This document shows positions 54,207 through 64,000 of a stretch of DNA of 64,000 nucleotides, one piece after another; positions within the stretch are counted from its first letter, which is position 1; each line of letters starts with the position of its first letter. The notes beneath the pieces were generated by a model. It saw nothing but the letters and a program-made list of their open reading frames with translations. It searched no databases and was not told where the DNA came from. The translations under genes were made by a program, and so were the position numbers. This DNA is from Eledone cirrhosa (taxonomy: Eukaryota): assembly GCA_964016885.1 (NCBI GenBank), contig OZ024751.1:48670001-48734000 (forward strand), read 5' to 3'.

Positions 54207-56411
54207 ATTTTAAGTAAGGGCCTGAAATTTACACCTACACCACGTAAACCAAACTTCCCCGAAATGAAGGATGACATCATGGAATACTGCCGAAAGCTGC
54301 GACTAACGGAATTCTTCCACAACGACACCAACACTGAAGACGAATCACTGGTTAGAAATAAAAGCAATTTCTGCCCACAAAAGGGAAGAAATAAAGCACT
54401 GGACACGTACTGCGAACACATCACCAACTTTCCCTATGAAAAAATTACAAATAAACACACGAAATCAAACCTATCTACACACGAATGGGAAGAATTATTC
54501 ACACTTAGAAACAACCCTGAGATAACTATCAAAGAAGCCGATAAAGGCAGTACTGTTGTGATTATGAATACGGACTACTATAGGACCCTCGCACTTAACA
54601 TTTTAGAAAACAACACATACTATGAAAAAACAGAAAACTACAAACACACCAAAACAATGGGGCACCTTTTGACCTTACTGAATAAATACCGCAACAGCTT
54701 AACCACAAAAGAGTTTAACTATATAAGCCACTTCAAATGCAATACAAGCTCTTTTTACGGCTTACCGAAACTTCACAAATGTAAACCCATAAACGATGCA
54801 TGTGACACCTCAACCAACAATTACATTGAACTAACACCACCAGAAGACCTAAAACTCAGGCCAATTATAGCAGGCCCTACATGTGAAACCCACAGACTTA
54901 GCAACTTTCTGGACATCCTACTGAAACCCTTTCTACAACATATACAGAGCTACATACGAGATGACCTTGACATGCTGAAACACCTCCCTAAAACAGTAAG
55001 TGCAAATACAATTCTTGTCTCCTTTGACGTAATAAACCTCTACACAAACATACCTCACAACTATGGAATAACAGCAGTCCAATACTGGCTTAACACACAC
55101 CCATCAGAAATACCGACACGCATCAACACAGATTTTATCACTGACGGACTCCGCTTTATCCTACAAAATAACTACTTCACATTCAATGGTTCAACATACA
55201 GACAAGTATCAGGTACGGCAATGGGCACGAAAGTAGCACCCACATATGCCAACCTAGTCATGGGATTCCATGAACAACAAATATACAGTCAGTCCCTTCT
55301 CTTATTTGGAGACTCTTTCCACACACACCTCAAAGCCAATTGGAAAAGATATCTAGACGACTGCTTTATCCTATGGCAAGAAGACATGAACTCACTTACT
55401 ACGTTTAAAAACATGATAAACAACATAGATAATAACATACAATTCACAATGGAATCCAATCCTAAGGAATTAGCCTTCTTGGATATTCTCATCTCTGTAA
55501 TAGACGGGAAATTAGATACAGATATATTCTATAAACCCACAGATTCCAAGCAATACCTCTTTTTCACATCAAGTCACCCAAAACATACAAAACTTAACAT
55601 TCCTTACAATTTGGCCAAACGTATATGTACCATAGTATCAGATCCACCTAAACGGGAGCAAAGACTAAAGGAACTAAAAGACACCCTTATCTTAAGAGCC
55701 TTTCCACTTGAAATAATCAACAATGGAATAGACAGGGCAAAACACCTAAATCCCCATCAACTTAACAATCCAAAACAGAAAACCACACTCAACACCCTGC
55801 CATATGTATCCACTTTCAACCCCAGAAATACCGAAATGTTTGATCACCTACACAAAAACCTCCCCATCCTACTTAAAGATGTAAAAATGAAGTCTATTCT
55901 TGAAACACACAAGATCCTTAAAAGTAAAAGACAACCCAAATCACTTAAACGCATTCTCACTGGACCAAATATACCCAAACCAATCCTCAACCCTACAGTT
56001 ACCAAATGTGGTAGAACAAACTGTGGAACGTGCCTCTACCTCACTGAAGGACAAACATTTACATTCAAAGATGGCCAAACATTTACAGTAAAAAACAATT
56101 TCACCTGCAACTCGGAGAACTTGATTTACGCAATAACTTGCGGTGGGTGCAAACACAACTACATAGGACAGACGGGCACCTCATTACGCAAAAGAATGAC
56201 CATCCACCGCCAACAAATCCGGGACGCTAACACAAGAAAAATCCCCTTGAGCAGCCATATTGCGAACTGCGCAGGAATGACACTACCCAACTTTAAAATC
56301 TTCCCCTTCTACAAGTGCTCAGATTCGTTCACACAACAACAAAGAATAAACAAAGAAAATCTATTCCTTAACAAATTTAAACCAAAACTAAACGGGTTAT
56401 CACCCCAATAG
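54207..56411 (+). CDS. PLE reverse transcriptase plus GIY-YIG endonuclease (5'-truncated, otherwise uninterrupted)
   Basis: LSKGLKFTPTP, ADKG, FYGLPKLHK, FDVINLYTNIP, GTAMG, YLDD, FLD, KCGRTNCGTC, NLIY..YIGQTG..RMTIH. Confidence 0.93.
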   Translation: MLSKGLKFTPTPRKPNFPEMKDDIMEYCRKLRLTEFFHNDTNTEDESLVRNKSNFCPQKGRNKALDTYCEHITNFPYEKITNKHTKSNLSTHEWEELFTLRNNPEITIKEADKGSTVVIMNTDYYRTLALNILENNTYYEKTENYKHTKTMGHLLTLLNKYRNSLTTKEFNYISHFKCNTSSFYGLPKLHKCKPINDACDTSTNNYIELTPPEDLKLRPIIAGPTCETHRLSNFLDILLKPFLQHIQSYIRDDLDMLKHLPKTVSANTILVSFDVINLYTNIPHNYGITAVQYWLNTHPSEIPTRINTDFITDGLRFILQNNYFTFNGSTYRQVSGTAMGTKVAPTYANLVMGFHEQQIYSQSLLLFGDSFHTHLKANWKRYLDDCFILWQEDMNSLTTFKNMINNIDNNIQFTMESNPKELAFLDILISVIDGKLDTDIFYKPTDSKQYLFFTSSHPKHTKLNIPYNLAKRICTIVSDPPKREQRLKELKDTLILRAFPLEIINNGIDRAKHLNPHQLNNPKQKTTLNTLPYVSTFNPRNTEMFDHLHKNLPILLKDVKMKSILETHKILKSKRQPKSLKRILTGPNIPKPILNPTVTKCGRTNCGTCLYLTEGQTFTFKDGQTFTVKNNFTCNSENLIYAITCGGCKHNYIGQTGTSLRKRMTIHRQQIRDANTRKIPLSSHIANCAGMTLPNFKIFPFYKCSDSFTQQQRINKENLFLNKFKPKLNGLSPQ

Positions 56412-57018
56412 AATTGTCATAAAATATAAACACACATACGCACGGAATCACTACTATTAAAGACCAGAGACCAATTCTGTAGAATCAGGTTTATTCATTG
56501 ACAGACCATGCCTTTGTGTGACCAACACATCCATGTTAAACCCTGCACGTGCACACACATATATCTATATATATATGCGCACACAGAATTCACCACTGTC
56601 GGTTGCGGGGCCCAATCTACATGAAGATCAGAATGACTTGTATTTTAATTTCACTGCCCCAACTTCTTATATTATGGAAAAAATATATGTGTCTGTATGT
56701 ATATATATATATATATATATTTGAAGGCCATTTCTCTGTGTGTGGGTGTATGTATGTGTGTGTGTGTGTGTGTGAGTATGTGTGTGCATGTGGATGTATG
56801 TATTGTGCGTGCGTGTGTGTGTGTGTGTGTGTGTATGTATGTGGGTATCTGGATGTATGCGTATGTGTATATATATATATATATATATGCGTGTGTGTGT
56901 GTGTGTGTGTATATATGTGTGTGTATGTGTGTATATATATGTGTGTGTGTGTGTGTGTATGTTTGTATGTGTGTATGTATATGTATATATATATGTGTGT
57001 GTGTATGTATGTGTGGGG

Positions 57019-57132
<114 letters not shown>

Positions 57133-57163
57133 GTGTATCTGGATGTATGTGTATGTATATATA

Positions 57164-57216
<53 letters not shown>

Positions 57217-57667
57217 ATGTGTATATATATGTGTGTGTGTGTGTATGTGTGTATGTATATGTATGTGTGTGTGTATGTATGTGTGTATATGTATATATAT
57301 ATATATATATATGTATATGTATATGTATGTATGTGTGGATGAAGGTATGTGTGTATATATAGGTGTAAGTGCACTAAATCCTTTTCTATCACGCTCCACT
57401 CTCCTACCCATCACAGGAAGATATGTGTGTGTATATTGCTTCCACTCCCTCACTGACCAGCAGCTGGCGATTGCTAAATCTGACCTTTATAAAATAACCC
57501 ACACCCCAAATAACTTCTCATTCACTACCAGAAAGGGACACAGCAGTCAACCTGTTGTTGCTACCTAGATGAAAACTGCTATGAAATCCCACAATGAATT
57601 TTATACTTGAATTTTCAAGTCTCAAATATTTAACTCTTCGTATTATTAATTTTTCTTAATATTAATC

Positions 57668-57715
57668 AACATTTGAAAAGATGGCTTTTGCAGACCCATC
57701 GAAACCGGTCATTTT
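57668..57715 (+). ncRNA. Minimal hammerhead ribozyme (U3-A8) in the pLTR
   Basis: AACAT-TTGAAAA-GATGG.CTTTTGCAGAC.CCATC-GAAAC-CG-GTC-ATTTT, with palindromic ACCGGT stem III. Confidence 0.65.
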
Positions 57716-57947
57716 TTATACCCTTTATTATTTCCTTACCTTATAAAATTATGTTTTTTCACAAAAAAGTATTCTGTCTCTTATATATTCCATGTGCCAT
57801 TACCAACCTCAATTTTCTCTATAACCTCGTTTTGTGTAGAAAATTACACTTTTCATATATATATATATATATACACATATATATATATATATATATATGT
57901 ATATACGATATTAAACAAATAGAAACTATATTTATAAAACCATATTT

Positions 57948-58010
57948 TTTTCATTATACGTATTTCAGGGATACCATATTAAAAATATGGCATGCCTTCG
58001 TCAGATAAAA
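57948..58010 (-). ncRNA. Type I hammerhead ribozyme
   Basis: TTTTAT-CTGACGA-AGGCATGCCATAT.TTTTA.ATATGGTATCCCT-GAAAT-ACGT-ATA-ATGAAA. Confidence 0.7.
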
Positions 58011-58141
58011 TACAATATATAACCAGCTTTATAAATAATTTTGACGTACCATAAATATAGCGACCATTAAGGTAGGAAGCTGGCTTGGTCGCTATATTTA
58101 TCGTACGTCAAAATTATTTATAAAACTGGTTATATATTGTA

Positions 58142-58203
58142 TTTTATCTGAGGAAGGCATGCCATATTTTTAATATGGTATCCCTGAAATATGTATAATG
58201 AAA
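58142..58203 (+). ncRNA. Type I hammerhead ribozyme
   Basis: TTTTAT-CTGAGGA(58148-58154)-long stem II-GAAAT(58186-58190)-ATGT-ATA-ATGAAA. Confidence 0.65.
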
Positions 58204-58336
58204 TAAATATGATTTTATTAATATAGTTTCCATTTGTTTAATATCGTATATCTATTCCAAAAACTTGTCGAGTGCTTTATATAAGTTATAAAATATTTAC
58301 TTGTTGTAGCCCAACAATTTTAAATAAAACTTTTGC

Positions 58337-58372
<36 letters not shown>

Positions 58373-58400
58373 ATATATTGTAGGTCTGAAAGTAAATAAT

Positions 58401-58583
58401 TGTTTCTACTTTTGGCACAAGGCCACCAATTGTCCAGTGTATTACTGGTACTTTATTTTATCGACCCCGTAAGGATGAAAGGCAAAGTTAACCTTGGCGG
58501 GATTTGAACTCAGAATGGCAAGGGCCGTAACTCTATGCGTCAAAGCATGGCGTCCGACCCTCTACCGATACTGCCAATTCACC
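58401..58583 (-). mobile_element. Family-1 SINE with 18-bp TSD
   Basis: GGTCTGAAAGTAAATAAT at 58383-58400 and 58584-58601. Confidence 0.9.
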
Positions 58584-58713
58584 GGTCTGAAAGTAAATAA
58601 TACCAAGTCTCTAGATAAGGTAAATGGACTTTTCTTCTCAGTGAAAAGATACATGCTTCTAGAAATGGCGCGTCAGATTAAGAGACATAGTCATTTTATT
58701 CCTTTATTATTTT

Positions 58714-59040
58714 AGTATCGGTCGAGCGTGAGACACCATGCTTTGTAGCATAGAGTTATGGCCCTTTGTGTTCTGAGTTCAAATCCATCGAGGTTCACTT
58801 TGCCTTTCATCCTTACGAGGTCGATTAAACAAAGTACCAGTGATGCACTGGGATAATTGCTAACCTTGTACCAAAAGTAAAAACTCCAATTCTTTCCAGC
58901 ATAGAATTACGGTCCTTGCCATTCTGAGTTCAAATCCCACCGAGATTAACTTTGTCTTTCATCCTTACGCTGTCGATAAAATAAAGTACCAGTGATGCAC
59001 TGGGGTAATCGCTGGCCTTGTGCCAAAAGTAGAAAAAATT
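58714..59040 (+). mobile_element. Two tandem family-1 SINEs
   Basis: Two GAGTTCAAATCC boxes and two 3' ends. Confidence 0.85.
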
Positions 59041-59415
59041 ACTTTACTTGTCTCACTCATTAAATTACTACCAAGCTGGTGCATCGCCTGATAGGTTTGT
59101 AAACGTTTGCCTAATTATCACACACACAGACAAACACTACATAGATATATACATATATTTACACTTCTATATACATAAATCCCACGCCTTTATATATGTG
59201 TGTGCTGCGTAGTATTGAACCAGTAATAATAAGCTTTATATCGGTTGAAGTACATTATAATTTCTCTCTCTATAATGATATCAAGAATCAGTATTTCAAG
59301 TTATGTGGAAATCCTGGCTTATGTAGTGTTAAAATACACTGTGATTATATTTAGACCATGGTAACTCGGGGCACTTCAGGTTTGGTGGACCACTCATACA
59401 ACAAAACGCTCCCCC

Positions 59416-59481
<66 letters not shown>

Positions 59482-60062
59482 TAAAACATGTCTATAGAAT
59501 CACAAGATAAAATATATACTATTTCCTCCCCCAATTAGCATAATTAACTATATAAAAAATCGTATAGACCAGGCTATACGAATGAGGCTTCTATGAAGGA
59601 ATCTCCAACGAATAACCAAAACTAGCGCTTCGTGTCGGCCGTAGTGGAATATTTATCGAATATTTCGATAGCGTAATCGCCTAGATACAGTCAACTAAGC
59701 AGAATTAGGTTTAAAATAAACTAGGAGAAAATAGAATACACTTAAATACCTCTACCATGGTTTCGTCCGTGTTTTGAGTTATCCAATAATTATGTAATAA
59801 TTATATAAACTCGAGCGCCAGATTCTTCAGGAAGCTCGCTCATATCTAGACATTAAATTTTCCAAAACGATCGCGCCAAGAATTCACTTCAAAATGGCTA
59901 AAAATCGTGACGTAGTCGCGGTCAAGTTGGAAGGGGTGTGGTAGTTGCTTACGACTGGTGGCATTTTTGCTAGAAAGCACAGCACAATACAGCCAAATTT
60001 GTATCTCAACCTAGTGGGAGATTATTACATATAAAAGTTTACATTGACCAGTTGCAAAACAC

Positions 60063-60207
<145 letters not shown>

Positions 60208-60243
60208 CATATATATATATGCATATATATATGTATATATGCG

Positions 60244-60288
<45 letters not shown>

Positions 60289-60334
60289 ATGTGTATGCAT
60301 AATATGCGTGTGTTTTTATGCTATATACAGGTAC

Positions 60335-60370
<36 letters not shown>

Positions 60371-60480
60371 CTATGTAAATATATGCGTGTGTGTGTATAA
60401 ATATATATGTGCAAGGTATCAAATTCATTTCAGCAATCCATAATGTTAAAAGTCCCCATATACGTATATATATTCACTCT

Positions 60481-60544
<64 letters not shown>

Positions 60545-60597
60545 TTGTGTGTGTTTATATGTACATATATGTATGTATATATGTGTATATATATATT

Positions 60598-60668
<71 letters not shown>

Positions 60669-61647
60669 AAATATATTCGTGTGTGCGTACATAAGATTTT
60701 CTACACACGTATTAAGAAATACATAGGTGTCCAAAAACGATAAGTTAGCGATGTGCGACTACTAGTAACGCAGCAGTTTATGGCAGTTATAACTGTTTCT
60801 AACTGTTACAGATATTCCAGAGAGCGTCTGATTTGCGTTTGTCTCTGATATTATTTGATAAGCAATGCTATTATTAACTTCTATTAAAGATCATTAAAAT
60901 ACATCAATTTTCAAATATCTCATAAGTCTAATACAGAAAATTCTAATAAAGTCATTGATAAATTGTCATTTTGGTGTGTCTTGATATTATGGCCGTCTCG
61001 ATTTATCAGATTATGTAAGGGAATTTACGAGTGTTCTTTGTCAGTTTCGTATTCATATATTCCTGCTTTTGCAAAGTTTTAGGAGTCATTACATATAGAA
61101 GAGCAGACCATTCTTTCGTCTACAGAAACAATTATAATGATATTCGAGAAATCTATCTAGCTAGATAGCTAATATGAAACAATCGCAAATGGATAAAATA
61201 AGTTTTGTTCAGTTAAAAGAGATATCAAATCATAGCGGACATACTGCTGTTGCTGCTGCGGCTGCTGCTATTGCTGCTGGTGCTGCTGCTGCTGATAACT
61301 CTAATGTTGATGTAGATAGTGGTAGTGAAAATGATGAATAGTATGTGGATGTTCATGACGATGATGATAATGATTATGATGTTTAGGATAATGATAATCG
61401 TAGTGGCAAAGATGTCTGTCTATTCTGAACAGAAGTTGAGACATTCTTTCTAATGTGGCCGATTAACTTGATATCAATACATGTTTGGTAAATATTGTAT
61501 TGATATCTGTGAGATAAATAAATGACAAATTCATATCCACCAAAGTTCGAACTCGAAACGTAGAATAACTAAACTGATAGCATAGCTCATTGAACATAAA
61601 TATTTACAGAGTTTCAGAAGCTGAACTACATACAGAAACACAAACAG

Positions 61648-61877
61648 TAATGATTGTTTCTACTCTTGGCACAAGGCTAGCAATTACCCAAGTGCATTAC
61701 TGGTACTTTATTTTATCGACCTCGTAAGAATGAAAGGCAAAGTTAATCTCGGTGGGATTTGAACAGTAATAGTTGTTTCTACTTTTGGTACAAGGCTAGC
61801 AATTACCCCAGTGCATTACTGGTACTTTATTTTATCGACCCTGTAAGGATGAAAGGCAAAGTAAACCTCGGCGGGAA
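61648..61877 (-). mobile_element. Two 5'-truncated family-1 SINEs
   Basis: Two 3' halves separated by AACAGTAAT repeats. Confidence 0.85.
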
Positions 61878-62293
61878 CAGTAATAATGAAAGGAAAGTAA
61901 CCAATCGTTTGTTCGGAATGTTATCATTCGTTGTTGCATTGTTGATAATATTTACCGGTTGCAACGTAAAATAAAATATTTTGCTCAGGAATACAATCTT
62001 TCGCCCGGTCCAGGAATCGAATCCATGACGTCATGATTGTATGTCTCACACCCTGACCAGAAAGGGAAATATATCGATATTTAGAAAGCAGTTTTTATTT
62101 TATAGAATGCTACTGCTATGCAAATAAAACACCTAATATTGAAAGAAAGTGTAAACATGGTGTTGAATTGTTATCTTGGAAATATTTATTTGTTTATTAA
62201 ATTTCGGGGAAACGTCCCATTTGTCAAAAGAATTAAAGGATCTAAAAGAACACGTGGATAAATATATAATATTGAGTTTCTCGCATTTTTCTA

Positions 62294-62479
<186 letters not shown>

Positions 62480-62504
62480 TAGATCGATATATATATATAT
62501 AGAG

Positions 62505-62548
<44 letters not shown>

Positions 62549-62979
62549 GTATATATATATATATTATAAAGAATCGGGACCCGATGCCTGAGATCTTGTC
62601 GTTTAAACTGCTAGTTCCGACTCTGTATAATATAGCCGTACTCTACAACGGAATAAGTGGCTCTATCTCGCCACCACTGGATGTAAGCAATAACAGCACT
62701 AAAAATAACAACAACAAAAGCAGTACCATCAAGCTTTATATTAGTTGTCGCCTCTCTTTCCAACTTCTTTTGTTTCAATCATCTCTAAAAGTTCTTGACC
62801 ACGAGACGAGGTTTTTCTAAGAAGTTTAACAAAAAAATATTCTTAAGCCGACGTGGGACTCTGTGGAAAATTATGGAGATTTATATAATAGAAGGGAATT
62901 ATCATCATCCTCACAACAGTTAAGGTTGTTATTATTATTAAGTGTTCTTCTGCAAAAGTAGAAGCAATTATTATTATGA

Positions 62980-63045
62980 TTACCAGTAATGCACTGGGTA
63001 TTTGCTGGCCTTGTGCCTAAAGTAGAAACAATTACTATTATTATT
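62980..63045 (+). mobile_element. Family-1 SINE 3' end
   Basis: ACCAGTAATGCACTGGG..CCTTGTGCCTAAAGTAGAAAC plus ATT tail. Confidence 0.8.
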
Positions 63046-63312
<267 letters not shown>

Positions 63313-63680
63313 GAGGAGGAGTAGTGGTGGTAGTAGTATTACTATGCCATTCCGATAACTGCTACACTTCTCTGTCATATTTCACAGAGTATTATCATAT
63401 TTATGCTTCATATAATTTACGTATAATCTGTAATAAGTTCACTTTCCTCGCCCCAACATTTCACCTTCCATCTATTCATTTCTGGTTCTCTCTATATATT
63501 TTCTTTCCTTCTTCCTTCCTTTCTTTCTATCCTTCGTTCTTTCCTTCTTTCTTTTCTTCTTTGCTTTCTAACTATTACATCCTATGCTTTCTTTCTATTT
63601 CGTTTTTTTTTTCTTTTGTCTTTCTTTAAACACTTTTCTGTCTCTTTGCATTTTCTTTGCTACTAACTTAACAATAACTA

Positions 63681-63722
<42 letters not shown>

Positions 63723-63859
63723 GTTTAGTTGCTGTACGTCTCCAAATATGGACTCATGGGTAAATATAGACGCATAGATATCTATAGATAGACCTGTAGG
63801 TTGGCAGACAGATATAAACTTAAATATGTCTATATGCCTTAAATATTAAGGCAGAACAG

Positions 63860-63990
63860 ATAAACCGTTGGACCAAATACAATGTGGCATTTACTTACAG
63901 ACCCTTATGTTCTGAGTTCAAATCCTGCCGAGGTCAACCTTGCCTTACTTCCTTCTGAGTTGATAAAATAAAGTACCAACTAAGTACTTC
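63860..63990 (+). mobile_element. Partial family-1 SINE
   Basis: GAGTTCAAATCCTGCCGAGGTCAAC..GATAAAATAAAGTACC. Confidence 0.75.
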
Positions 63991-64000
63991 CTGTTACGAG

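Larger units (their letters stand above)
57901..58336 (+). mobile_element. Palindromic dual-hammerhead element, family B
   Basis: ~166-bp arms at 57901-58066 and 58086-58251, plus an ~85-nt tail, in (TA)n. Confidence 0.8.

Overview
This is AT-rich animal DNA saturated with microsatellites, with no recognisable host protein-coding gene. The SINE repertoire and repeat density suggest an octopus or other coleoid intron or intergenic region (inference). Almost all short ORFs are (TA)n/(CA)n artefacts. The real coding content is retrotransposon-derived: an intact R4/Dong-type RT-RLE element (46243-49893), a full-length but disrupted Tx1/L1-type LINE sitting in (TTA)n (39382-45140, minus), two Neptune-type Penelope-like elements (PLEs; one with ~860-bp inverted pLTRs), a Nematis-like GIY-YIG fragment and small LINE 3' ends. 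Two tRNA-derived SINE families are present. The most striking unexplained pattern is a set of short non-coding elements, mostly in (TA)n. Each is a long palindrome carrying a hammerhead-ribozyme (HHR) motif on both strands, followed by an unpaired tail that starts with a shared ACTC-N11-17-GAGT stem-loop. At least four sequence-unrelated families show this design, and two further HHRs have a compensated U3-A8 core. The dominant SINE also appears to share its 3' end and TTA target with the Tx1 LINE. All folds and alignments were done by eye; none were computed.
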